Below, in pieces: positions 11,558-23,029 of a stretch of 64,000 bases of DNA. Origin of the DNA: Eukaryota sp. TZLM1-RC (taxonomy: Eukaryota; Protista; Metamonada: BaSk clade); assembly GCA_040285825.1 (NCBI GenBank), contig JAUPSS010000009.1, positions 62,001-126,000 on the forward strand, written 5' to 3'. The translations under genes and the position numbers were made by a program. The stretch's first letter is position 1. Each line of letters opens with the position of its first letter. A model generated the notes under the pieces. It searched no databases. It saw only the letters and a program-made list of their open reading frames with translations, and was not told the DNA's origin.

Positions 11558-12765
11558 TTTATTTTCTTCAGCAAATTTGGGTGGTATTGGATTTACTAAA
11601 TCTTCAATTTTGTGTCAATCAGCATTCTTGGGTGGTGGCAAAAATTTTATTTATGAATTTTCTCGTAGATTTCCTGATGATTCTCATCTGTTAGTTCCCA
11701 ATTGCAGTCCTTATTTGTATGAGTTATCTTGTGAACTTGAAAAATTGCCGCCACAAATTTGGACCAAATGTTTTCCTCAATCGATTCAAGAAATTCCAAA
11801 CCGATCTCTTTTTAATTTACAGTTTTGCTGTAAAAAGCTTCAACAAAAATTGTCAAAAATCTTTGAAAGCTTGGATTTTGATGTTAGACTTGGCTTGGCC
11901 AAGAAAAAGAATCCCGCTTTTGCAAATCTTTTACAAGATATGTGTGACAGTACTTCTTCTGCCTTAGTAACAACAATTCCACAAGTTTATGGTACTCTCT
12001 TATCCGATTCTGCTTGGACTCTGAATATGGGATTTTGTTCCTTTATCTGGCCTGATAATTTACCTCATAATTTAATTTGTAAATGTTCTCGAGAAATTAC
12101 AACTACTCATTTGTTAAATTGTAAACATTTTATTACTTTTAGAAGCAAGGTTCATGATGCTGTAAGAGACCAGTTATATTGTATGTGTAAATCTCATAGA
12201 ATTGAATCCTTCTTGGAACCTCTGTTGTCAAATCTGTTTGATGCTGAAGATGATTTTCATAGGAATAATAGAGGTGATGTTATATTACCTGGATTAGATG
12301 GAAGTTTCATTTTATTGGATGTAATGTCTGTTGATCCTTGTAATGCCTCAAATGAAAGGCTTGTTAATTCTGAAATTCATAATCCTCTTTCAAATGCTGA
12401 AAATTTCAAACTCAAAAAATACAATGAACCTTTGTCCAAATTGGCCAGTCTACAGCATGCAAAATACAATTTGTATCCATTTGTATTTTCCCTTTTTGGT
12501 TCACTTGCACCAACTGCTTTACGTTTTTTGGATGATTTTGAATTGATTGTAAAGAGAAGAACTGGGAGAAATTTCAACAGATTGTTTTGGCAAAATAGAA
12601 TTGTGTTTTCTATTTTTAAGGGGATGTTGAAGATGGTTTCTGATGCTTTGCTGTCTCTTGGTTCTCACTATGAGAGAGTTGCATCTAGTGTTTTTGTTTT
12701 GGGAGAGATGGATTTTTTAGATGTTGATTTATAGGTTTTGAATAAAATTAAAATTAAATAAAAAA
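11558..12765 (+). mobile_element. CRE-clade family C, 5'-truncated, A-rich tail, 12-14 bp TSD (aa)CTAATGGGACGA
   Basis: TSD at 11544-11557 and 12766-12779. Open ORF 11577-12734. Confidence 0.88.
11577..12734 (+). CDS. Family C C-terminal part: RT thumb, CCHC knuckle, RLE endonuclease (no true start)
   Basis: GGIG, CKC..HLLNC, HDAVRD, EP, RGDV..LLDV, K.KKY, PFVFSLFG. Confidence 0.8.
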   Translation: MGGIGFTKSSILCQSAFLGGGKNFIYEFSRRFPDDSHLLVPNCSPYLYELSCELEKLPPQIWTKCFPQSIQEIPNRSLFNLQFCCKKLQQKLSKIFESLDFDVRLGLAKKKNPAFANLLQDMCDSTSSALVTTIPQVYGTLLSDSAWTLNMGFCSFIWPDNLPHNLICKCSREITTTHLLNCKHFITFRSKVHDAVRDQLYCMCKSHRIESFLEPLLSNLFDAEDDFHRNNRGDVILPGLDGSFILLDVMSVDPCNASNERLVNSEIHNPLSNAENFKLKKYNEPLSKLASLQHAKYNLYPFVFSLFGSLAPTALRFLDDFELIVKRRTGRNFNRLFWQNRIVFSIFKGMLKMVSDALLSLGSHYERVASSVFVLGEMDFLDVDL

Positions 12766-14812
12766 AACTAATGGGACGAATATCATTGAGCCATGATTTC
12801 CTCTACAAAATCTTGATCTGCTTGCTGTCTAGCTAAAGCTTCTCTTATACGATTGAACAACCAAGGTAATCTATTAATAATGGCAAATTGAATTCGAGAA
12901 CGCCTTAAAAAAATATCAAATCTTTTCATTGTTTTTTCTTAAACCATTTTTTGGAAGTCATTCAAAAAAGTTTCTGCTTCAACTGATAATCTTCCGCTTA
13001 TCGAAAATGGGAAAGCAATAAAAACTAGCTGTGTATTTCTATCAGCGTTAGCCTCTTCAATATCTTTATCATATTTTCTATTTTTTTCTTTTGCTTTAAA
13101 ATCAAGAGCACTCACAGGATTAAGTTTTCTTCTGTGAACCAGAGTATCATTTGCAACATTACATAAGACAAAGTGAACAACAGCTTCAGAGTTATCAATC
13201 CAATCACAGTATACATCACCTCTGTCATCAGAACCAAAATTATTCAGAGAAAGTGTTTCCTTCAGCAGAGGCTCTTTGATACACGATATTCTTGCAGTTT
13301 GTGCCATATTGAAAACAGTGTCTGTAACAGCATCATGTTATGAAAAACGATAAGTTATCAATTTAGAACAATTCAGAGCATGGCGCAAAGTGAGTTGATG
13401 TGAATTCGAACAAATACATTTTTCTCTTGATAATAATTGATTAACGGGGATATTCAAATATAATCTCATTTTTGTTACAAATGTTTCATTAGTGGAACAC
13501 AATCCAAATCTTCGTGGTACAATGGTTACAAAAAGTGAAGAACTTGATGACTTATTTTCACAAACACCCTTTTCCAATAACAGAGAGTGAAGATCTTAAT
13601 TTAAAACAGCCGAGCTGCATATGTTATTATAAAGATCTTTGTCCTACATTCCAGTCAATCGTTTCTGTAATGTTCGAAGAGTGTACTTCAAATTTAAAAC
13701 ATTTTTTTCTGGAATATTGCCATTGAATGATTGGGGAAAACATCGACCCCATCTTTCTGCATCAATTTTTGAAATTTCTTCATTTAATGCAAAAACAGTG
13801 GAACTTTGCGTTGTCAACAATAAATCTTCCCAATCTGCAAATCTTTCAGAAAACTCAAAGATTGCATTTCTGCATCCACCAACAAAAGCACACGAGGTAA
13901 GAATAGAAGCCTTCGTCCACCCTGAACCCCCATAATGTGGACTAAGATAGGCATGAAGTTGGAACATTTTACATCCCAGTAATGGTGACAAAACTTTTGT
14001 GCGTAACTCATTAAACTTCTGAGCCAAAGGTCTAGTGACGAGAGGATTTGTAGATCGATATATATGATTAAAATTGGAACTAAAACACAGTCTTATAATG
14101 GTAAATTTGATATGTTTCTGTATATCTAATGTCATCATTCGGTCAATTTTATCGGAAATTGAGTTGAACTTTTCAAACAATTTTTTGGTGATTTCATCAT
14201 TATTTCCTAAAAACGAAGCCAAATGACAAATAGCATCAATTGAATATAATTTGGCTAGAAATTCAATACACTCAACTATTGTAGAAACTGGAGAATTCGA
14301 TAACAAAAAACGCAAATTCAAAACAGTTTGCAAAATTGTAATGACCTTGATCCTCAATATATTGCAAGTACTGGAAGGTTCGTAAAGATGATGGCTTCTA
14401 GGATTTTTCCTTAACCCAAAGGAGAACATATTGGGTGCAGTTCATTGTTTTGAGAAATACAGATTTAACCATGAAATTATTTAATTTATTTTACAAGATT
14501 GACCAAAGGTGGGTATTGGAAAATTTAAAAACCGAGTGTTTAATCAAGAAATTCTTGCAAATTCAACAAATTTGAATCAATTGATGAACTATATCAATCA
14601 ACTTTTGCAAAAACGAAAAACAACTTTGACTTAATATCAAAATGAACTTGTTTAATACAACGAATTGTTTAACTGAGACTACAAAGCATCATTTCTATCA
14701 GTAATAGGAAAGTCTTAGCAAAAGACTTTCCCAAAAGAAACAAATTTGTTACTGGATTACAGATTCATTGTTGAAGTACATAAATTTATTTAATATTACA
14801 GTAAAGATAAAA

Positions 14813-15337
14813 CTAACGTAAAGTAGTCTTCCATTTCTTCTCCATGTAATCTCCACGTGCCTTGTCTTCTGCAATTTGGGCTTCCACATCGCGTTGTCTT
14901 TGAAGTTTGCGATAGGTAGCCAACTTTTTATTTTCTTCCAAGAGATACCTTAAATAATCCCTTCGTGATTCCTTAGGTTAAAATGAAGAGTAACATACTT
15001 CCTGTTCACGACGTATTTCTTCATTAAGTTGATCTTCTTCGACTTGGAGTTTTTCGATTTGGAGGTCTTCTTCTGCTATACGTGCTTCAATTTCGCGTTT
15101 TCTAGCAAGGTGATTATCAATGTATTGACGTTCTTCCGCTTGAAGTTGTACTTTTTCTTCAGCTGATGGAAACATAGAGCGGAGACGTTCAGACTCAAAA
15201 CTATTCCACTGAGCTCTAATGCGTTCCTCCCTCTCTTTTTCCTTTTGATATTCCAAATCAGCTCGCTGTACGTTGGCAGAAGAGGGTTGCTTTTTAGGTC
15301 GAGTGAGGATACTTTGGCGAACAGAAGAGAGTACCAT
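14813..15337 (-). CDS. Hypothetical coiled-coil protein, one 27-nt intron (14972-14998)
   Basis: Removing gtatgt...taacctaag extends the E/R/K-rich ORF in frame (..EQE-ESRRDYL..TTLR*). Confidence 0.7.
14972..14998 (-). other. Spliceosomal intron, 27 nt
   Basis: gtatgttactcttcattttaacctaag; removes an in-frame stop. Confidence 0.75.
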
Positions 15338-15451
15338 GTTAAATAGAGAGTAAGGAAGAGTGTAGGGGATGTCAAGTACAAATCAGATTGCTTTAATTTA
15401 GCTTTTTTTGCCCCCAATCATCTACCAGCTTCATTACTATACTATATCTTA

Positions 15452-18091
15452 ATGCCTCCTAAAAAACGTGCACGAATTGACTATTCTAGTTTTATTGATG
15501 AAGAAGCAGATGTACAGGAAGACTCTGAAGAAGAGGAATTAGTTGCAGAAGAGGGTTATGTTTCCCCAACCGACACAAATGCTGCTGAAGCACAATACTA
15601 TCAACCTCGTACCCGTCTTTCAGAAGAATACTTTGAAGAGATGGCTGCACGATATGAACAACAGAACAGAGAACAGCCATCCAGCCAAGTCGTGTATCCT
15701 GAAGAGGAGTACGCTACTCCTCGTGCATTTGGAAAACGTCCTCCTAGAGACACTGACCCCAAACTCTGGCTTGTTCGAGTTCGTCCTGGTCAAGAACACA
15801 TGGCAGCGATGCAAATCATCCAGCGTCACTTCAACATTGCTGCCGACCCCACGCAACCAGGACCTATCTGCTCTGCTATATCTACTCCCTTTTCCAAAGG
15901 TTTTATTTACATTGAGGCTTACCAATCTTCACACATTCTCTCTGCAGTTAGAGATCTAAGATCTGTTTTGGCCGATAGTTACAATAACAAGCCAGTCCAA
16001 GTACCTCTTTCTGAAATGATGTCGGTCCTTCGACAACGAAAGGAACATGTAGATATACCTATCGGGGCCTTTGTACGTGTACTGCGGGGTGTCTATAAGA
16101 ACGATCTTGCCAGGATCCATGCTTGGGATGCTGGTTCTTCCAAGGCAGTATTGGAGCTTGTTCCAAGGTTTGTGTATGATAAAGAAAGTAGGAAACATCG
16201 TCTCACTTCACTTAATCGCCCTCCACCCAAGCTGTTTGATGCAGTGGAAGCCAGTCGCAACGGTCTCATCACAGACATCAAACATGATCCTTATACGGGT
16301 GAAGACTTTCAAGTTTGTATGGGCCAGCGCTTCAATTCTGCTGGTTTTCTGCTTAAAACTGTCAACCTCACAGCCTTCACCTTTGTCCCTAATGTCACCC
16401 CAGATCTTATTTTTCAAAATCCTCATTTCGGTGCTGCTTTGAAAGAGGTAAGTAAGACTGAAACTTCTGTGGCTGATGTTGAAGTAAATGATTTGGTTAG
16501 GGTGGTGAGGGGAGAACTTAAAGGGATTACAGGCACTGTATTATCACTTCCTAGAGAAGATATTGTTGTTGTTCTACCAAGACATGCTGATATTAAGGAT
16601 CCTGTTGAGTTTACGAAGGGGGACTTGGCCAAGGCTTTCGATATGGGTAATAAGGTGCGAATTCTTTCAGGTGATTTGAGTAATGAAACTGGTTTTGTTG
16701 TTGCTTTGGATGATAAAGATCCCACTAATGTTACAGTGATGACTGATGTGAATAGGACGGAGGTCAAGATTGCTACAAACCATCTCAAGTTAGAAAAAGC
16801 CATTTCCTTTGGTCAAACCACTGCTGGAAGGTATTTCGTTAGAGATGCAGTTCAAATTAATCCTACTACTGTTGGAATGATTGTCAATATTGATGCAGGG
16901 AAGCTTGTCTGTTTGCTTTCCACTGGTCTGGTGCAGACTTATGCAGTCGCTGATGTCCATCCCTTTAAATCACATGCCTCTGCCATGGATTCTTCCCAGC
17001 AACCTGTTAAGCCTGGTGACCATGTATCAATCCAAAGTGGAACTTACATGAACAAATCGGGAAGAGTATTGTGTATTTTCAGATCATGGTTGTTTATCGA
17101 TTGCCCTACAGTCACTGAAAACAGTGGAATCATTGTCATTGCGGCACGTAGTGTCAAAAATGTTACAACAGCAATAGGTGATGACCTCCCATCTGGTGCT
17201 CCCCCTCCCCCATCTCCTCTTGTTTCAATGTCCCCTATACAGCCTACACGGGGAATAGGACAGAAGAGGTCCATGCAAAGGACTGCCAGAGGTGTCAAAA
17301 CCGAGCAGTCACTTAAAGGGAAGCAAATCAAAGTTGTTAAGGGTCAGTTTAGGGGGTATAAGGGAACGGTACAGATGGCTACTGAGATGGAGATTACAGT
17401 GCAATTACCCGCGCTCAGGAAAAGCGTGCGTATTCCCAGAGAATATGTCAAACTTGAAGATGAAATTGCCCACGCTGGGCCCTCTTCTATAAGAATGAGA
17501 GCTTCTCCTATAGAAGCTCCGAAAACACCTATTACCCAACATGTCTACGTGGAACCAGAATCACTTCCTTCAATGGCACCCTCTCCTCAATTCCCTCCTA
17601 CACCAATGGGAGGAACCCCAATGGGAGGAACACCTTTGATTGGATATTCTCCTGCTCACCAACCTTATGTTCCTACCACACCCACCCCAGTTCACGTTCC
17701 TCCCACTCAACCCTCATTTGATTGGGTCCGTGAGGGCATATTTGTACAGCATGAGGGAAAAACCTGTGTTGTAAAGTCTGTGGATAAAGTTGAAGGTAAA
17801 TCTATACTGATTCCTATTGAAGAATCAAAAGATAGTAAGGAAGTGTTTTTGCATGAAGATCAAAGTTTCACTGCCTCTAATTCTGATCTCAGCAGGCTGT
17901 CACCTGAAAAAGGCCACGATGTTGTTATTGTGGAATCTAAGGAAGAGCCCGATTTGATTGGGTCTGCGGGAATTTTGAAAACTAGTTATGGTGAGGATGT
18001 GGTTATTATGCTTGGTGGTCCATCAGATTTGAAAATTGTTAATATTGCAGATACTGCAAGGATATACAAGCCCTTTTTCAAGAAGGAGTAA
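15452..18091 (+). CDS. SPT5: Transcription elongation factor Spt5
   Basis: Acidic N-terminus (FIDEEADV), NGN domain (DPKLWLVRV..KGFIYIEA), several KOW motifs (RGVYKNDLA, KGQFRGYKG), short TP-rich CTR. Confidence 0.95.
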   Translation: MPPKKRARIDYSSFIDEEADVQEDSEEEELVAEEGYVSPTDTNAAEAQYYQPRTRLSEEYFEEMAARYEQQNREQPSSQVVYPEEEYATPRAFGKRPPRDTDPKLWLVRVRPGQEHMAAMQIIQRHFNIAADPTQPGPICSAISTPFSKGFIYIEAYQSSHILSAVRDLRSVLADSYNNKPVQVPLSEMMSVLRQRKEHVDIPIGAFVRVLRGVYKNDLARIHAWDAGSSKAVLELVPRFVYDKESRKHRLTSLNRPPPKLFDAVEASRNGLITDIKHDPYTGEDFQVCMGQRFNSAGFLLKTVNLTAFTFVPNVTPDLIFQNPHFGAALKEVSKTETSVADVEVNDLVRVVRGELKGITGTVLSLPREDIVVVLPRHADIKDPVEFTKGDLAKAFDMGNKVRILSGDLSNETGFVVALDDKDPTNVTVMTDVNRTEVKIATNHLKLEKAISFGQTTAGRYFVRDAVQINPTTVGMIVNIDAGKLVCLLSTGLVQTYAVADVHPFKSHASAMDSSQQPVKPGDHVSIQSGTYMNKSGRVLCIFRSWLFIDCPTVTENSGIIVIAARSVKNVTTAIGDDLPSGAPPPPSPLVSMSPIQPTRGIGQKRSMQRTARGVKTEQSLKGKQIKVVKGQFRGYKGTVQMATEMEITVQLPALRKSVRIPREYVKLEDEIAHAGPSSIRMRASPIEAPKTPITQHVYVEPESLPSMAPSPQFPPTPMGGTPMGGTPLIGYSPAHQPYVPTTPTPVHVPPTQPSFDWVREGIFVQHEGKTCVVKSVDKVEGKSILIPIEESKDSKEVFLHEDQSFTASNSDLSRLSPEKGHDVVIVESKEEPDLIGSAGILKTSYGEDVVIMLGGPSDLKIVNIADTARIYKPFFKKE

Positions 18092-18119
18092 TAAATTTTT
18101 ACATTTATTTTCTTAATGT

Positions 18120-19820
18120 TTATACAACAAGATCAACTTGTTGACGTAGTCACATTTTGGGTTGCAGAAACAATCTGCTACTTTATGAAGATAATACATT
18201 AATGATATTCAACAACAATTGTTTTGACTATTCAACCACTCAACACTAATAAACATGTAGAAAAGTCACCAAGTGACTTCATCAAACCCACTAATTTTTT
18301 CATCTATAATATTTTTCCACAAAGAACACAGTAATTTTCTGTATATAGTCAAATTGATGATCATTCAGTTCATATTCTCACAAATTTAGTAAAAGGAAAA
18401 AATATTAAACAAGAAACCGAATAAAACTTGAAGAAATCATTCTGAAGCAAACAACTGAAAAAAACAACTTCCAATACACCACTCAAGAAATGCAGTCAGG
18501 AAATTAATTTAAGTCGTGAAGCTCTTAACCGAAACAAAGCGTCACATACTTTTGATTGTCATATTCTCACAGATGGAATAGGTACAAGTGTTTCAACTTC
18601 AAAGGTCTGATGAAGTCACTTGGAGTCAACTTCAAAGAAAAGATTTAGTTAAGCTAGGGCTTGATGGGGTTGCTTTAAAGACTGGGGCGCAGTATACCAT
18701 TGAGATCAAAAGTTGTGGGAGGAATTGTCCCTAATGAATAAGACCTCATGAGACTGGCTGCTTTTAAGTTTCAACACAGATTTCAAATTCAAAAATTGAC
18801 TTACAAAAGGCAAATTAAGAAAAATTAAAATAGACTATCTCAATTAGAATTGGAAACGATAGAAAGTAAAAAGAAATTGAAGTCAAAATACGATTGGTTT
18901 GTAAATTCATATACAAAAGGACGTCGTAAAAAAGAATCTAAAACGCAAAAGCATACATTCCAGCAGGAAGAAGAACTGAAGAGATACGTCTTTACAGTCA
19001 ATGGTGAAGAAAAAACAGTCAAAGATTTGCGAGATGAACTTTCTCAATACTCTGCTAAAACACTAGATTTGGATAAATTTACAGAATATGTGAGAATGAA
19101 AATGCTTCACGATTTACGTTTACTCCCGATTTATCGAAATAACCAGATGTTTAAAAATCACGGATTTTTACGGTATATCAATAAGTAACGTAGTGAAAGG
19201 ATATTCCCTACGGCAGAATTTACTGAATCTGCACTCCCATAACGATGCTAATACAGATAATGTGGTAATTGCGTTTGGGGATTGGAATTCCAGAAGAAAT
19301 CGTAAAGGAACAATAGCTTCTATAAGAGGTGGAAATTTGAGAAAAATGTTACGTAGTACTGGATTTAAAGTAAATCTGGTGGAGGAATATAGAACTAGTG
19401 CCAGATGTGCGATATGTGTATTCAACAATAGAAAAGGTATCACAAAATGTGATTTAAAAGTACCTGATCCAAACGCTTATATAAGAATGAAAAGCAATAT
19501 CCGAAGATTGAAAAAAGAAATCAAAACGAATGAAGAAGTGGATTCATTAAGTTAGAATGAGAGGAAAAAAGTATCAGGAAAAACAGAAGAATTTGGACAA
19601 AATTAAACCAACTGACAAAAACAACAACTTGAAAATGTTAAAAAGGATGCGAAATTGGTTCCCTGTCATGGATTGTTACACTGTCAAAACAATGAATGTG
19701 GAATCTACTGGAACAGAGATACCAATAGGGCAATTAATATCTACAACATTATTTATTCAAGGCACGGAGGACATCAATAATCGTCGACCAATGATGTTGA
19801 AGAGAGGTAAGTCTGGATAA
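18120..19820 (+). pseudogene. Decayed Fanzor1-like (TnpB-family RuvC) RNA-guided nuclease gene
   Basis: Pieces across frames: FDCHILTDGIGTSV (~18550), VGGIVPN (RuvC-I, D>V, ~18720), VIAFGDW, VEEYRTSARCAIC (RuvC-II), HGLLHCQNNEC.YWNRD.NRAINI (RuvC-III, ~19670-19740). Multiple stops and frameshifts. The 5' limit is approximate. Confidence 0.8.
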
Positions 19821-19929
19821 TGGTTTTATACTTTGAAAGTAAAATTTTTCCATGTAAATTCATTTTATTGAAAAAAAATCATTTTGTTTAAAATAATGTA
19901 ATAATGACTAGCCCCACGAATGTTGCTAA

Positions 19930-20361
19930 TCACGACAAAACACTGTACCCCACTCCTGTTACTGAAGCGATTTTAAGCAAATGGATAGGTGTCTCCCTTT
20001 CAATTCCTTCGAAATCATTTCTCAAAGCCTTTAATGCTGTGATTTCTCTGTGTATCTCAGTGGAGGTACGATATCCAAAAATTTGACCAACATGTGCCAA
20101 ACCTGCAGCTGGCCCAAGTCCGAAGGTGAAGTATAGAAGAACAGCAAAGAGCGCTGGTAGTAGCCATATTGATGATTGTCCGAACATCAGCATGGAACCT
20201 GATATAATGCTTGAAAATCCTCCGATAAAATAGACCATTCTATCAATTGTCACCTCGTTTCGTAGCTTTTTGATTGTATGTGAGTAGTGTGGATGAGGTG
20301 CACGTTCTACTTCTCGAATGTCACTTACTGCTCTGTTGGATAGCTGGAAATCCGTTGGCAT
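19930..20361 (-). CDS. Hypothetical membrane protein
   Basis: 143-aa ORF with hydrophobic segments, head-to-head with the next gene. Both ends are uncertain. Confidence 0.45.
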   Translation of the reverse strand: MPTDFQLSNRAVSDIREVERAPHPHYSHTIKKLRNEVTIDRMVYFIGGFSSIISGSMLMFGQSSIWLLPALFAVLLYFTFGLGPAAGLAHVGQIFGYRTSTEIHREITALKALRNDFEGIERETPIHLLKIASVTGVGYSVLS

Positions 20362-20461
20362 CAATGTGTGTTTTGAACACAGTACTAAGCTTATTTTTCA
20401 GGTATCAGTATATCTATATCTTCATCAAATTGATTACCACTTTCTTAGTTGAAGTCCACAC

Positions 20462-21710
20462 ATGGACACTGTTGAATCCCGATCACTGTTGAACAAAATT
20501 CTGTGTTTTGTAGGTATTGTGACAATAGTGACAACACCTTTTATGTACATACATTCCCGGACTGTCAGATCGTTGAGACCACTTCTCAAACGTGATGAAC
20601 GTTATGTTAAGAAGTTTCAAATGTTACGTAATGGTTCTTTGATCTCCTCTTCTTTACTGTTTGTTTGCATATTTATAGGACGTTTCTCAACAATTTTTTG
20701 TCCTGGACGACTATCGTTCATATTGTTCTCAATATGTGAGTTACTAACAGGTTTTTCTTACTTTTTGGTTATTTCATTGGTTGTAACACACCCACTCAGT
20801 TTGTTTTCTGAACGTTTCAAGCAAACGTCCTTCTTTATTGCAGTATCAATAGCTATTGTTATTGCAGGCATTTCCTTCGAAAACCATCGCAATTTTGACA
20901 TTACAAAGGTGCAGCAACCAACTGATATTATCAAGAGTCAACCACATCATCTTAAAGGACTTAAGTTTGCTGTTATAAGTGATATTCACATTACTGGAAG
21001 CTTTATGAATCAAAAGAATCTAGACAAAATTGCCCAATCAATCAAGAACCTCAACAGTGATTACTGCTTCATTGTAGGTGACATTATTGATATACCACAC
21101 GCAGATATTCAATTTGAGGCACTCAATTTAGATCTTTCTGTTTTAGCGAACGTCACAAGGCATCAGACAATAGCAGTTTTAGGTATGGCATTTCCTAGTT
21201 TAACTTCAGGCAACCATGACCTCTGGACTTCAGCTTCAATGGTCACGAATATACTGAGATCATCAGGTTACAAGGTATTGCTCTCTGAAGGTTTAGTGTT
21301 AGAACCTGGTTTCTATGTTGCTGGACTTCGAGACTATGGTTTGAATCCTATTCCTGATCTTTTGGATGATATAAAATCTGTGTTGAAGGATTATCCTAAA
21401 GACAAGCTTCCCATCCTCCTCATACACCAACCATTGCAAAGTGCTATGTACCTGGTGAATGAACTCACAAAAGGTACTGGAGCAGTAACATTTTCTGGAC
21501 ATCTTCATTCTGGACAATTGTTACCGTTACAATTCTTGATAAGGTTGGCATTTCCACTTTTTTATGGGCAGTACAGAATTGGTATGTCTGAATGCATATT
21601 AACTAAGCACAGGAGAGAATCATTTGTATGTTAGTTCAGGTATTGGCGCCAGTTCAACACCATTTAGGTGGTTTTCAAGACCAGAAATTGTGGAATTTGA
21701 ATTCGTCTAA
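20462..21710 (+). CDS. Membrane-anchored calcineurin-like metallophosphoesterase (TMPPE/YkuE-like); introns 21183-21209 and 21582-21612
   Basis: N-terminal TM helices, then SDIH, GDIID, VLGNHD (after splicing), HQP, SGHLHSGQ, LYVSSGIG..RPEI. Confidence 0.88.
21183..21209 (+). other. Spliceosomal intron, 27 nt, in-frame and stop-free
   Basis: gtatggcatttcctagtttaacttcag; removal restores VLGNHD. Confidence 0.8.
21582..21612 (+). other. Spliceosomal intron, 31 nt
   Basis: gtatgt...aagcacag; removal restores the frame of the conserved LYVSSG motif. Confidence 0.75.
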
Positions 21711-21779
21711 GACACAATAAAAATAAAAACACAATTGATGAATGATTAAAGTATTAATGAACAAAAATGCTTTTTTCCT

Positions 21780-22110
21780 CTGTTAGTTGTTAGTTTTCAG
21801 CCAAAATTGATAAATATAAAGCAAAATTGTTATCCTTGAATGCAGAATCGCATACTCATCATGTCCTCTGTCCATTTGCAGTTTTCCTTCATGGCACGCT
21901 TGGACCTCTTGCTTTATCTTTTCTGGATAATTTTGTTGAAATTGTGAGACAACGTACTGGAAGAGTTTTTGGCAAAACAGAATTGTATATTCAATTTTCA
22001 AAGCTGCTGTTCCCTTATTATCTTCAGCTGTGTTATCCCTTGGACGCTTTTATGAAAGAAAAACTTCCAGTCAATTCTTCTTGGCTGATTTGGGCCATGA
22101 AAACATAGAA
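21780..22110 (+). mobile_element. Decayed CRE-clade 3' (RLE) fragment
   Basis: KIDKYK..LCPFAVFLHGTLGPLALSFLDNFVEIVRQRTGR, homologous to 27795-28019 and to family C. Confidence 0.7.
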
Positions 22111-22269
22111 TTTTAACCTTGTCGTATAGTTTTTTTTCATTGAAAAAAACAAAAATAGATAAACAAACTGTTAATCCTTATGCAAAAAATCAGCAAAAAA
22201 TGAGTTTTTTGTGGGAAATACGTACAATTTTCTTGTTATTAATTTCTTCATTAAATTTATTTTTACAAA

Positions 22270-22480
22270 TAAAATCTAGAAATCACTATCTTCAAAACCA
22301 ATTTTTACACCATCAACACGTCCACCAGCATTGTCTTAGCAATTTGCACTGCAGACATCAAAGCTTTGAAATAATTCCAGTTGATTTGAAAATAGACAAG
22401 GCAATTCGATTTAACCATATACAATGATGAAAACGCTTATTCATTCTTCTCTTAACCAAGTTTCAAGACTGTTGCTGGTG
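22270..22480 (-). mobile_element. Decayed CRE-clade 3' fragment
   Basis: Minus strand reads VKRRMNKRF..WLNRIALSIF, matching the RLE C-terminal motif W.NRI.FSIF. Confidence 0.5.
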
Positions 22481-23029
22481 ATTTATTAAGGTGATTAAAT
22501 ATAGAATAAATATTAATAATGAACCCAATTAAATGAAATCAATCAACTTTCACTAAAATATAGAGATGATGTCAATAAGGAAAGTGGAGTAATTCCATTA
22601 CATACTCTTGCTTTTGCCAAAAAAAAATTTAAAATCCGATCCTTGGTAATATTGCACATAAAATAATAGTTGAGAAGAAAGTTAAACTTTATGATCAATT
22701 TACTAATAATTTACCTGTTGACTGTCTGGCCACTGTTCCACTTCAACAAAATATAATTCAATACGGCCTTCATGATTGTATCCTTTGCTTCGAACTTTTT
22801 GCATTGGTTCAAAAAGAAAACTTCATTGTACTATCCTATAAACCTATTCCTGTAACTGTAAACTCATTGTTGAATCAGTCAAATTTTGTCAACTGTAGGA
22901 AGAGTTTTGAATGTCACTTGCCACTGCCACGTCTTTCTTTCAAATTCTATCAATCATTGATAGTTATTATCTAATTTATCTGAAAAGGAAAATGAAATCA
23001 TGAAATATACAACTAAAACTCCACATCCT

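Larger units (their letters stand above)
11500..14309 (-). mobile_element. CRE family B copy, 5'-truncated and decayed, interrupted by a family C insertion; 9-bp TSD ACGCAAATT
   Basis: The 3' tail (11500-11557) and body (12766-14309) align to 8409-9990. ACGCAAATT occurs at 11491-11499 and 14310-14318. Confidence 0.8.
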
